From Okamejei kenojei (lineage: Eukaryota), in the NCBI GenBank assembly GCA_035221665.1, contig CM069135.1, positions 58,962,001 to 59,026,000 on the forward strand: a DNA stretch of 64,000 nt, given 5' to 3'. Below the pieces are notes generated by a model. It saw only the letters and a program-made list of their open reading frames with translations. It made no database searches and had not been told where the DNA came from. Numbering within the stretch: position 1 is the stretch's first letter; each line of letters opens with the position of its first letter. Below, one piece after another: positions 37,220 through 49,836 of the stretch. A program made the translations under genes and the position numbers.

Positions 37220-37780
37220 TTTGCCCCGAGTGTAAGGGGGTCATTGTTATTTTTTGTTAATAAAGCATCAGCATGTTCAAATGACCATGTCATGTCTGAA
37301 TGCATTCTACAGTTACTCCTCCTTGGTCAGTTATTACAGTGTATGACGCATGGACTCGTTCCACGGCATGAAATCACATAGCTTTGAAATCTTCATATAA
37401 TCACTCGCGTAACTCCGAAGTAAAATAGTAAGATTAAACGAGAACTTACTAGTTTGAAGTTTGACCTTTATTTTATGAGGAGTTACATTGAGGGATTACG
37501 TGCCCTCCACTCCCAACCCTCTATCATAAAGGTCAGCTGGTATGCTAGTTCTCTAATCTTACTATATTCAGTTCACCAACTGTCATCTGTGATTTCACAC
37601 CGCTGCTTTGAAGATTGACGCGCATGCGTGCTGGCGGGTTCTTCACGTAATCCCTCAACGTAACTCCTCATAAAATAAAGATCAAGCTTCAAACTGGTAA
37701 ATTCTCATTTAATCTTACTACTAAAACCAACTATTGTATTTGGTGTGATGAACATGACTGACCTGATGTACTAAATACTT

Positions 37781-37845
37781 CAGTCTGAAGAAGGGTCTCG
37801 ACCCGAAACCTCCTTTGCTCCATAGATGCTGTCTGACCCGCTGGT
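37781..37845 (+). repeat. Penelope 3'-repeat fragment with hammerhead core lacking GTC
   Basis: cttcagtCTGAAGAAGGGTCTCGACCCGAAAC. Confidence 0.7.
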
Positions 37846-37972
37846 GGAGTTCAAATATTTTTTTCTGAAGTATTATGCAATTTGTAATGGAGAGTGAATA
37901 GCCAATGTTATTCTAATTTTTACAGGGTATTATAACTGTGCAATGATAACAATTTGAAGCTTTTCTTTTCAG

Positions 37973-38043
37973 AGTACTGAACCTCCTGAAAAAGACTTGG
38001 AACCAAGAATTCAAAAGATAAAGATCACTTTGGGCGATGAGAA
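37973..38043 (+). CDS. ZNF512: ZNF512 coding exon 3 (STEPPEKDLEPRIQKIKITLGDE)
   Basis: ttttcttttcag| acceptor and AA|gtgtgt donor; phase 0 in, phase 2 out. Confidence 0.65.
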
Positions 38044-38393
38044 GTGTGTGCAACTTAAATTGAATAATCTGTTTTTGGTTAAATACTGAAGTAGGAAGTT
38101 TTATATTTGTCTTTTGATAATATTTGTTCTTATTTTGTTAATTAGCTGTCTTGCCGATTATTTGCATTTGCAGTGAATGTTGGCAACAGAATCAGAAGTG
38201 ACTTTAATTTTTTTTTAAATAAGTGTGTTTTTATCATGACTGCATTTCCTGAAACGATGGTGGAAACATTTGAACTAGTAAGATTGAAAATAGTAGCAAA
38301 ATTAGATCGTTTAGAAAACTCAACTAAACAGCAGGTGCAGGCAAGATAAGGTGATAACGTTCCCTACTTAAAAACAGACACCACACAATGGGT

Positions 38394-38607
38394 TATAGAC
38401 AATAGGTGCAGGAGTAGGTCATTCGACCCTTCGAGCCAGCACCGCCATTCAATGTGATCATGGTTGATCATCCCCAATCAGTACCCAGTTCCTGCCTTCT
38501 CCCCATATCCCCTGAATCCGTTATCTTTAAGAGCCCTATCTAGCACTCTCTTGAAAGTATCCAGAGAAACGGCCTCCACCGCCCTCCGAGGCAGAGAATT
38601 CCACAGA
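38394..38607 (-). mobile_element. CR1 3' fragment followed by a Helitron-end remnant (cacttggtctag, 38610-38621)
   Basis: tagacaataggtgcaggagtagg.. CR1 3' UTR. Confidence 0.75.
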
Positions 38608-39111
38608 CACACTTGGTCTAGTAATAAATAAATATCTTGCACTTTTATGATCCCGTTTTAAGAAAAAAAAACACCAAGTATATAGGACATAGAAATAGAC
38701 CTGAACTCAATATGGATTTTTGCAGTTGTTTACTTCTGACCCCATCAGTATGTCCACAAATGCCATTTTCTCACGTCATCAGCTGCACCCACCCCCCTAA
38801 ATTGCAACAATATTTTTTTACTCACTGCTTATAATAGTGAATTGCCTTTCTAACTATCATCCAGTCAAAAACATGTCTCATTCATTCCCTATTTGATTTA
38901 ACAAGTTTTGTTATTCACCCTATTTTTGATTTTGCCCAGCAAAGGTCAATCTCATTTTAAAATATATTGTGAGGAACCAGTGATGTTTAATTGAGATTCG
39001 CCCCCCTCCACTCCATAACTATTAGTCATCTCTTTTGTACTTGTGTGCGGTATTTTAATGATGGTTGAATCACAAACAAATCACACAGTTTACTCACACT
39101 TTTTCTACTAG

Positions 39112-39305
39112 GGACAAACAATACAAAAGCAACTTTGTCTCCAAGGACAGCAATGAGGAATCTTTCAGTGATGTTTCATCTTCAACATCAGAAGACAAGG
39201 TCAATGGCGAGGATGATGGTCAGTTGTCAATTCGAAAGCCAAGATACTGGTTAGAGATGAAGGGAATGGAGGCTGATGTGGAAAGTTGCAAGCATAAAGG
39301 GAAAG
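39112..39305 (+). CDS. ZNF512: ZNF512 coding exon 4 (..NEESFSDVSSSTS..SIRKPRYWLEMK..)
   Basis: ctag|..AAAG|gtaaat; phase 2 in, phase 1 out; resembles the Ser-rich/RKSTYWMKM segment of human ZNF512 as I recall it. Confidence 0.8.
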
Positions 39306-39362
39306 GTAAATTGTGTAGTTTGTAGATAGCTTATAACTGATCGCATACTCCAAAAATAGGTA

Positions 39363-39947
39363 CCATATTTCCCGGCAATGAAGACGCACCTGCGTCGAAG
39401 ACGCATGCCCAATTTAAGTTGCTAAATTTTGGAAAAAAAGGATGGCGGGACAGGATCAAGGGTTTGGTTTGATCCAGGGGTTGGCAACATCGCCTGCATG
39501 CCCCGATATTAGCTGCAGTTTCCAGATCCCTCGCGTCCCCGGCCGAAGGACACCGTGGCTGGCGGGCCAGCAGAAGGCGTTGGGGTCGCTGCTGGTTCCG
39601 CTGTCCGGTCTCGGCGGCCACTTGCAACCACCCGAGCTACTTCCCTCCCCGGGCCAGACTCCCCACACACTGTGAAAGGAACTCTTTCCTCACCCCCTCC
39701 CTCCCCCCCCCCCCCCCCCCCCATCGGCGCTGTCCTTTTACAGCCGCTTCCCATCAGCTGCCAGCAATGAGGGATAGACTTGGCTATCCCTCAGTACAGC
39801 AACATTGTTCTTGATATTGCTGTACTGAGGGATAGCCAAGTCTACCTTTCGTGGCTAACAACCTAACCTTCGGCCTCCGAGACACAGGTAAATTATTGTG
39901 CCTTATTTAAGGGTAAAAAATAGCGTTTTCGTTGCCGGGAAATACGG
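39363..39947. mobile_element. pogo/Tc1-mariner-type MITE
   Basis: TA|CCATATTTCCCGGCAATGAAGACGC ... GCGTTTTCGTTGCCGGGAAATACGG|TA. Confidence 0.88.
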
Positions 39948-40419
39948 TAAGTTAATATGAAGGATTGGAATTGTGAAAGTTATGGTGCATGCAATGAGTA
40001 GCCATGACATCAAATTGACTTTATGCTAAACTGCATAATCTTAACGACAGAAAAACATATTCAATTTTATCATCAGCATTCTTAATTATCAAACTATGAT
40101 TTAGGTACAATTGGAGGTTTTTTCATAGCAGGTAATTGTTGCTTCATTTAATACATGTCTAATGTTTTCTTATGTAATTGTTTGTTGATTTGTTACTCTG
40201 CAGACAATTCCTTTTATACCAAACGTGAGTAATAACAAAGCGGATATTATATTATTTTCCCAGGACCTGTTGGTTCTGACTATACATTGTACACGAACAG
40301 AAAATAGAGTTGCATGTATATTTTTGAATTTTGTAGTTTTCTTTTAGCAACTCAATAGATTTATATATTTCTAAAATAAAGATAACCTTCAAATGTTAAA
40401 CTAGTTATCTTTATAATAG

Positions 40420-40512
40420 GACGTAAAGCTACGCAGAAGAAAAGAAAGATGAATAGTGTTGATACTGATGAAGAAAATTATGAATCTTCTCGTAAAGGAA
40501 GAAAGCTTGCAG
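40420..40512 (+). CDS. ZNF512: ZNF512 coding exon 5 (GRKATQKKRKMNSVDTDEENYESSRKGRKLA)
   Basis: atag|..CAG|gtatga; phase 1-1; basic NLS-like KKRK. Confidence 0.8.
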
Positions 40513-42027
40513 GTATGAAAAATGTGCATCAGAAATATTTTGAAATGTTCCCATAACAGTTATTTCTGGTGCTTTGTTCATGCTTAATTAAGCCTTGACA
40601 TATGTGCATTTGCAAAGGATTGTTCTTTAGATTTATACATTAATTTTGAAGTTTAGATTCGCTATCACTGGCATCTGATCTAGATTATGACCCTCCAGAG
40701 GATGTATGTAACATATGAGTGGTTCAAGCAAAAGCAAAGCTATTTAACACTTCAAGTTGAAGAACTTAATTAAATCGTGTAGAATAAGCTAGGAAATGGT
40801 AAAATAATAGTTTAGAAAGTGGAAATGATTTGAGGAATAAAACAAGCAGTTGACAGAAAAATTAAAATTTAAAAAAAAAAATTTAAATCTCTTACACGGA
40901 TTGAAGTTCTGAAGAAATTAGACCACCTTGTAAAAATTATATTTTCAATTCCAAAAAGGTATTCAGTTCAATTAAATACGCCACTATACATTTGCCTGCT
41001 GTGACAATATCCATGTAATTTATGCATATGAGCTGTATTCATTCTCGCACATGCTCAGTAATTCAGTCAGTGACCTTTGACTTGAAAATAAATCATTCCT
41101 GCTTTTGATCCGAACACGAGTATGTGTGGAGCCATCTTTCTCCGTCTAATAGGTGCTAGTTTTACCTATTTCGTAAATAGACACAAATCAAAACATGGTG
41201 GCAGCGGTGAAAGTGAAGATTTGTGAATCAAATAGACTCTATGATGATTTGCAAAAATGCTTTGAAAAGCTTTCAGGAATCTGTGTTTCAATGCTCAGCG
41301 ACCGGACTAGCTGCATGCATGAGTGGAATGGTATGCAGGTCAGTGAGCACACAAAGATAAGATGCTGTGTGTAAATCAGTGCTGTGGGAGTCGAGGCTTG
41401 AAACGACGTGCGGTGGGAGACTGCTTAAAGATAACATAAGCAATTAAGAGCAAGGGGATTCGCTGTTATTTCAAAATGACGCAGGCCAGTCCATCTTTCC
41501 ACGTGGCTCCACCACCTAATCTAGGTGGAAGAGTGAAAAAAGTTTAAACAAATGTATGAAAATTATGCAGTGTTAACAGAACTGGATAAGAAGGAGAAAC
41601 AGTATCAAAAAGCAGTATTCCTGCATACTGTTGGACCGGAAGGACTGCGAATCTTCAATACCCTGACGTTCAAAACGGTAGCAGATGAGACAGATGTGAA
41701 AGTGATCAACGACAAGATGTCTACCGTCATCACAGAAGAGACGAATGAAACGTATGAAAGATTCATTTTCAATAAACGAAACCAGAAATCAGGGAAAAGC
41801 ATTGAATCGTATGTTGCAGAGCTGAAGGAGCTTGCTAAGACATGCAACTTCTGTGATATTTTGCCTGAAAGAAAGCCTCATTCGAGATTGTATCGTCATT
41901 GGTATTGCAGACCAGTCAACTAGGAAGACCCTAGGAAGACCCTCCTTCAAAAGAGGAATCTTACACTGCAGGAGACTGTGGACATATGTAGATCCTCAGA
42001 GGTAACAGCGATGAGAATGCAGGTCAT

Positions 42028-42423
42028 AGAAACATAGAAATTAGGTGCAGGAGGAGGCCATTCGACCCTTTGAGCCAGCACCGCCATTCATAGTGATCAT
42101 GGCTGATCGTCCCCTAACAATAACCCGTGCCTGCCTCCTCCCCATGCCCCTTGACTCCATTAGCCCCTAGAGCTCTATCTAACTCTCTCTTAAATCCATC
42201 CAGTGACTTGGGTTCCACTGCCCTCTGTGGCAGGGAATTCCATAAATTCACAACTCTCTGGGAGAAAACGTTTTTTCTCACCTCAGTCTTAAATGACCTC
42301 CCCTATATTCTAAGACTGTGGCCCCTGGTTCTGGACTCGCCCAACATTGGGAAAAGATTTCCTGCATCTAGCTTGTCCAGTCCATTAATAATTTTATATG
42401 TTTCCATAAGATCCCCCCATCCT
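42028..42423 (-). mobile_element. CR1 3' fragment in Gypsy gag
   Basis: TSD GGTCAT at 42022-42027 and 42424-42429; agaaacatagaaa tail. Confidence 0.9.
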
Positions 42424-43410
42424 GGTCATCGGCAAAGAGCCGACAATACACAAGGTGGAATGATTCAAACCGAGGGAAAAGATGGTTGGTTTTCCTTCGA
42501 AGAAGGCGAATCAGGGACGAGTCAAGTGCAAATTCTGTGCAAGGATGCACAAGGGCATGAAGGAGGAATGCCCAGTGTATGGGAAGGATAGCAACAGATG
42601 CGGACGATAAAACCACTTCGCCTGCTGCTGCAAGCAGAGGAAGGAGAGCATGCAGAAACGGGGTCTGCACAAGGTGTTAGTCATCTGACACACCGTCCAT
42701 TTCCGACACAGAGTCTGTGAGTTGCATTGAGGTCAATGCAGCTGGAAACAATTCCTCTTCAGGCCTATTCGCTGAGATGCAGGTCGCACAGAAGCCATCA
42801 AGTTTCAGATTGACTCTGGTACCAGTGTTAATGTGATTAATCTTGTACCCAACAAAGAGCACATTAGACGAGAGAAAATCGTCTTAAAGATGTAAAACGG
42901 ATCCAACCTGTTGGCGGAAGGTAGGACGAAAATCATAATCCGGAACAAGATGAACAACAAGAAGTACCGTGTTCACTTCATAGTGGTAGGCTAAGGCTGG
43001 CTCACAGCACTCCCGAGCGGCAGAGCTGCACGACAGATGAAACTCTTCACGGTTCACTACGAGAACATCAAGAGCCTGAATGCTGTTAGCGAGGCTGATT
43101 CATTACTCAAGACCTACAATGATGTGTTTGATGATGAAAGACCGGAGAGACTACCAGGCAAGGTCAAGTTGGTAACTAGGATGGAGAATGAGACCCCATC
43201 ACAGTGTCCTGCAAAGCCGGTACCTGTAGCCATGAAAGGGAAGGTCAAGAATAGTCTCATGAAGCAGAACATCTTGACTAAAGTCGAACAACCAACTGAG
43301 TGGTGTAGCAGGCTGGTCGTTACAGAGAAAAAGGTCAGCACAGAGTTGAGGTTCTGCATAGACCCTAGACCCCTCAACAAAGTCCTCAAAAGGGAGAAAT
43401 TGAACTATTT

Positions 43411-45114
43411 ATTTTCTTTGGTATTCACCAAGGAGGAGGATATTGAACTCTGTGAGGTAAGGGAAAAAAGTAGAGTAGCTATGGAAACTATGAGATTCAA
43501 AGAGGAGGAAGTACTGACACTTTTGAAAAATATAAAAGTGGATACGTCTCCAGGTCCTGACAGGATATTCCCTAGGACATTGAGGGAAGTTAGTGTAGAA
43601 ATAGCAGGAGCTATGACAGAAATATTTCAAATTTCATTAGAAATGGGAATAGAGCCGGAGGATTGGCGTACTGCGCATGTTGTTCCATTGTTTAAAAAGG
43701 GTTCAAAGAATAAACCTAGCAATTATAGACCTATTAGTTTGACGTCAGTGGTGGGCAAATTAATGGAAAGGATACTTAGAGATCATATATATAAGCATCT
43801 GGATAAACAGGGTCTGATCAGGAACAGTCAACATGGATTTGTGCCTGGAAGGTCATGTTTGACAAACCTTCTTGAATTTTTTGAAGCGGTAACTAGGGAA
43901 AATTGATGAGGGTAAAGCAGTGGATGTTGTCTATATGGATTTCAGTAAGGCCTTTGACAAGGTTCCCCATGGAAGTTGGTTCAGAAGGTTCAATCTTTGG
44001 GTGTTAATGGCGGAGTAGCAAGATGGATTCAACAGAGGCTGAATGGAGATGTCAGAGAGTAATGGTGGATGGCTGTGTCAGGTTGGAAGCCGGTGACCAG
44101 TGGGGTGCCTCAGGGATCTGTGTTGGGTCCACTGTTGTTTGTCATGTACATCAATGATCTGGATGATGGGGTGGAAAATTGGATAAGTATGCAGATGATA
44201 CTAAGATAGGGGGTGTTGTGGATAATGAAGTAGATTTTCAAAGTCTACAGAGAGATTTGGGCCATTTGTAAAAGTGGGCTGAAAGATGGCAGATGGAGTT
44301 TAATGCTGATAAGTGTGAAGTGCTACATCTTAGCAGGACAAATCAAAATAGGACGTACATGGTAAATGGTAGGGAATTGAGGAATGCTTGTGGAAACAGA
44401 GGGATCTAGGAATAACTGTGCCATAGTTCCCTGAAGGTGGAATCGCATGTAGATAGGGTGTAAAGAAAGCCTTTGGTGTGCTGGCCTTTATAAATCAGAG
44501 CATTGAATATAGGAGTAGGGAAGTAATGTTAAAATTGTACAAGGCATTGGTAAGACCAATTCTGGAGTATGGTGTACAATTTTGGTCGCCTAATTATAAG
44601 AAGGATGTCAACAAAATAGAGAGAGTACAGAGGAGATTTACTAGAATGTTGCCAGGGTTCCAGCAACTATGTTACAGAGAAAGGGTTGAACAAGTTAGGT
44701 CTTTATTCTTTGGAGCGCAGAAGGTTAAGGGGGGATTTGATTGAGGTCTTTAAAATGATGAAAGGGATAGACAGAGTTGACGTGGATAAGCTTTCCCCAT
44801 TGAGGGTAGGGAAGATTCAAACAAGAGGGCATGACATGAGAATTAAGGGACAGAAGTTTAGGGGTAACGTGAGGGGGAACTTCTTTATTCAGAGGGTGGT
44901 GGCTGTGTGGAATGAGCTTCCAGCAGAAGTGGTGGAGGCAGGATCGATTTTAACATTTAAGAGTAAAGTGGATAGGTATATGGACATGAAGGGAATGGAG
45001 GGGTATGGTCTGAGTGCAGGTAGATGGGACTAGGGGAAAACAAATGGTCGGCACGGACTGGAAGGGCCGAGAGGGCCTGTTTTCCGTGCTGTAATTGTTA
45101 TATGGTTATATGGT
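43411..45114 (+). mobile_element. Young CR1 in Gypsy RT
   Basis: SPGPDRIFPR, NYRPISLTS, QHGFVPGRSC; TATGGTTA tail; probable TATTTA duplication. Confidence 0.92.
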
Positions 45115-48100
45115 TATTTAGATCCACAGAGTACCAGTCATAGAGGACGTACTCCCCGAGCTGTTCAAGGCGAAGATTTTCTCCAAATTCGATCTGAAGT
45201 AAGGATCCCTCCACTGATAATTAAATGAGGAAAGCAGTTTCCTAACAACCATGAACACCCCCTTTGGGAGATATCGCTGGAAGAGGTTGCCATTTGGACT
45301 GAAAGTAAATACAGAAATATTCCAGAAGAAGCTACAACAAGCCCTAGATGGATTAAAGGGAGTGGAATGTGTTGCAGATGACATCATCCTATTCGGAGTA
45401 GGGGACACCAGAGAAGATACAGAAAGGAATCATAATGCAAGACTGCAAGATCTTCCTCAGCGATGCAGTGACAAAGGCATCAAGCTGAACCAGAAGAAGT
45501 CGGTAGTGAAAACTGCTTGTATCACATTTCTAGGACATATAGTTACAGATCGTGGCCTGAAACCGGATCTGAAGAAGATCCAAGCTATCCTCGATGCCCA
45601 ATCCAACAGAAATCCAAAGATTACAACGAAGTGTAAACTACTTGGCAAGATTCCTGCCAATGTTGTCGGTCACATTCCAGCCTTTGAGTAGATTGACCCA
45701 CAAGGAAGCAGAGTGGGAATGATCATCAGAACTTGACATGGCAATGTCAAAGGCCAAGGAGCTATTGACAACGGGACCTATCCTGGCGTACCACACAGAT
45801 GAACAGCTGACCATACAATGTGATGCAAGCAAGGCAGGTCTAGGTGCAACACTAATGCTGAAAGGCCAACCACTGTCGTATGTGACTCGAGCATTGACGC
45901 CAACCGAGCAGAGATATGTTCAGATTGAGAAGGAGGCACTAGCAATAGTGTTTGCCCTCAAGTGCTTTCATCAGTACACCTATGGACAGAGAGTGATCGT
46001 TGAGAGTGACCACAAGACATTGGAAGTCATAGTCAAAAAGCCTCTGCATAGAGCACCAAGGTGTCTTCAGGGCATGATGATGAGGATGCTACACTATGAC
46101 ATCAAGATAAAATGGGTAAAGGGAAAAGACATGCATCTAGCAGTTATGCTCACCCGAGCATACCTCCCGGACACCACAGGATCGACCAGATTCGCTGATG
46201 TCAACGTAGTTGAGTCCTTGAGCATGGGAGAGGACAAGGTCAAACGCATCCAAGCCCATACCAGGCAAGACAAAACACTGCAAACAGCTAAGAAAGTAAT
46301 ACAATATGGATGGCCAGATCACAAAGCAGAAGTCCCAGAGGCAGCACAACCGTACTTCAACGTCAGAGACGAGTTGAGTGTGCAAGACGGCCTAGTATTC
46401 AGATGAGAGAGAGTTGTAATACCTGTCACTCTACGCAATGATATGAACCTCTCACCTCTCACCTAGGAGTGGAAAAAACCCTCAGACGTGCTAGAGAATG
46501 CATTTTCTGGCCCAGAATGAACTCTGATGTGAAGCAGTTCATTTCAAACTGTGAAACCTGCAGGACATACGAACAACAGAATCGGAAAGAAACTCTGATG
46601 CCCCATGACATCCCAGATCGCCCATGGGAGAAAGTGGGAACCAATATGTTTGAACTTGCGGGAAAGCATTATTTAGTCAAAGTTGACTATCTAATTTCTG
46701 GAAAATAGACAGACTGTATGACCTGAGGAGCAGGAGAATCATTGTGAAACTCAAGAACATCTTCGCAAGATATGAAATTCCCAGCACTGTGGTAAGGGAC
46801 AACGGGACACAATTCTCATCAGAGGAGTTTGCCAAATTTACCAGGAAATGGGAATTTGATCACTGTACAATTTCTCCAAGACAGCTAACGGTAAGGTGGA
46901 ATCAGCAGTCAAGGCAGCTAAGCGAGTATTGAAGAAAACCACTCATTCCAAGACAGATACCTACTTGGCAATACTGGAATTGTGCTACACCCCTGCGCAA
47001 GGAGTGAACAGTAATCCTGCACAAAGACTACATGGAAGGAGAACAAGAACGACCCTTCCAACTACATCAAACCTCCTCAAACCACGTGGTGCTGAGATAC
47101 TCACGGAAGAGAGGAAAAAGATGAAGGATTTACAAGGAAAGCAGTCAAAGATCTACAACCAACATGCCAAGGATCTGCCAATCCTGGAAGAAGGTGATGT
47201 CGTGAGACTCAAACCTTATAAACTAGGAGATACCAGATGGCAGAGAGCAACAGTTCAGATACGACTGCATGAGAGATCATACCGAGTTAGGACTTTTAAC
47301 CCAATGTAATCGAGTGGATCTGAAGAAGACCGGAGAACTACCCCCACACATAACTCCAGAGAAACAACCAGACATGGAGAAGACTGGGACACTTTTGCAA
47401 CCTCAGCTGACACAGGAAAAACCAACACAACATGCATCACCAGAAAAAGATGCAACTCGTGAAAAGAGAAAACTAAACAAAAACAGTGACACAAGAGAAG
47501 AAACTAGAAGTGATGCACAGAATGTACACACTGAAAAGAAAGACACTTCTGAAAGAAACACTATCATAAAGACACGGACAGGAAGAGTTGTCAGCCCGTC
47601 TGAAAGGTACGGCGAGTATGTCAAGAAGTAATGTGTTTTGTTGTGATGTACCAACATGCTTATGAGAAGAAAAGCATATGAACATTATTTTGTGTTATTG
47701 AAATGTCACAAGTGTGGCTTTCGTTGAAATTGTTGACAAAATAGTTGTTTTATTCTATTAAGTTAAACCATATTACTATGGTATAATATGAAAAGTGTTT
47801 TGGTTTGCTTGTTTTTGATCGTTGGAAATGTAATCCCAAAATGTCAAAAAGGAAAGGATGTGACAATATCCATGTAATTTATGTACTCATTCTCGCACAT
47901 GCTCAGTAAATCAGTCAGTGACCTTTGACTTGGAAATAAATCATTCCTGCTTTTGATCCCAACACGAGTGTGTGTGAAGCCATCTTTCTCCATTTAATAA
48001 GTGTCTATGTAAATAGACACATATCAAAACACCTGCCGAAAAGCACCAGCCTCTAGCTCTTTTTGGAGTATTTAATTTGTAAGTATTGTGGGAGTTAGTC

Positions 48101-48857
48101 ACTTTCTGTGCCTCTTAATTCACTGGCTTATTAAACATATGGAAGGAAGCTACGTAGAGAACTATACAAGTCAAAAAATAGAACTCCAACTGTAAACATG
48201 GTTACATATGTCCAGTGTAATCTAATAGTATGGTTGCCCATTTTTCTTGCACATGTACAAACATTTATTTAATACACCTGACAAATCGAAGATGTGGCCC
48301 TGGGCAGTATCTCATCATAAAAAACCCTCCCTTTTGATTCTGTTTATTTCACATCCCTCAGGAGGCCATTTGTACTCATCAGCCCTGTTATTTGTAGTCA
48401 TATTTGCTCTGCTGACTATTTGTATTGGCTAACCTATCATCTTTCCCTAATTCCTGTTGAGGTAAAATGTGATGAGTAAGCCTATGGCCCCTTTATCTTT
48501 TCTTGGTTCTGTAGCTATTCCAACCCTACCTATCTGAGGCCAGTGGGTTGGCTAAGTCTATCCTATATATCTACATTTGCATTGTCTTGTTTAACCTATC
48601 CTTGTGGTGACCCACATTTTGCCATGAATATTACTGCAAAGGCTGCTACAACACTGTCTTGCTTTGCTTCTGGAAAATATTCCAATTGACTGTTTATTAC
48701 TTGCTATTTTATTTCCAAATGGTAACCAATAATAGTCACTGGGGTGGGCATTTATTATACTACAACAGGTTTAGAGGGATATGAGCCAAAAGCAGGCAGG
48801 TGGGACTGGTGTAGATGTTTTATGTTGGCCGGTGTCGGCAAGTTGAGTCGAAGGGCA

Positions 48858-49269
48858 TGTAGTGGCCATTTGGCCTGTTTTGCATGTCATTGATGATGGC
48901 ATGTGACTTTAAATTTTAGACTGCCCGTTATATTGTGGGTGGGATTTATGACGTGGAGAAGGTCAATCCTTCGACCATGTCAGTGTTACGGAGACACGAG
49001 GAGTTTTCTAATGTCTAAAGTAATAAGCTGGAGTTTGAAGAAGATTGCCGTAACGAGTCGGAAGAAACTTGGATGTATCTTACTGTTTTCTATCAACAAT
49101 AAAGCATTTATTCATCAAAAGACTGTTTGGAATTCATAACTGAGAAGAAGCTCTGAAGGTCTCTGTGAGTGAGCTTGCATGCATTTAGAAGACACCCCTT
49201 TCAACCATTCGCATCCAAATGGTGGCTAGGGTGCTAATTACCTGAAAGATATGAAAATCTGCCGCTACA
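48858..49269 (+). mobile_element. Solo LTR (412 bp) inserted in a CR1 3' UTR remnant (48765-49300)
   Basis: TGTAGTGGC..GCCGCTACA termini; TSD GGGCA at 48853-48857 and 49270-49274; AATAAA at 49098. Confidence 0.85.
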
Positions 49270-49593
49270 GGGCATATTTCCACGCTGTAAGACTGACTCT
49301 AACATACTTTATAAAGTAGCATCGGCTCTCAAGTGTCAAAAAAAATGTTCATTGTTTTGTTACCCTACAATAAGGCAGGAATAAATGTGAGAATTGTTAG
49401 CAACCATAGGCCATCCAGAGTGTCATTAAAATCCACTAGAATGAAAGTTATTGTTGTAATAATGGATATACAATAGCCAGTCCGTGCATGGTAAAATCAC
49501 AAACAGCAATGAGATGAAGAATTGTGTTAATGGTCTGATTGAAAGTTAAATTGTATACACTGGTAACATCCCCTGTCACTACAAAGAGTAGTG

Positions 49594-49836
49594 ATAGAAA
49601 CAGAAAATAGGTGCAGGAGTAGGCTATTCGGCCCTTCGAGCCTGCACCGCCATTCAATATGATCATGGCTGATCATCCAACTCAGTATCCTGTACCTGCC
49701 TTCTCTCCATACCCCCTGATCCCTTTAGCCACAAGGGCCAAATGTAACACCCTCTTAAATATAGCCAATGAACTGGCCTCAACTGCCTTCTGTGGCAGAG
49801 AATTCCACAGACTCACCACTCTCTGTGTGAAAAATG
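49594..49836 (-). mobile_element. CR1 3' fragment
   Basis: Near-copy of 195-428. Confidence 0.88.

Larger units (their letters stand above)
27422..37720 (+). mobile_element. DIRS1-like tyrosine-recombinase retrotransposon, structurally complete but dead, with nested inserts
   Basis: Left ITR 27422-27483; right ITR plus extension 37616-37720; ICR 37391-37502 complementary to both ends; gag, RT, RNase H, MT and YR domains in the expected order. Confidence 0.93.
41000..48031 (+). mobile_element. Full-length Gypsy (Mag-like) LTR retrotransposon, degenerate, with two CR1 inserts
   Basis: TSD CCTGC at 40995-40999 and 48032-48036; LTRs 41000-41195 and 47859-48031 (TG..CA); PBS TGGTGGCAGCGGTG (tRNA-Leu) at 41196; PPT 47846-47858; gag twin zinc knuckles, protease IDSG, RT VADD, RNase H CDAS, integrase. 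Confidence 0.95.

Noticed and set aside
43037-43906. 289-aa ORF that looks like a Gypsy-CR1 fusion RT
   Set aside because: Chance in-frame read-through across a CR1 insertion junction; both parts are disrupted.
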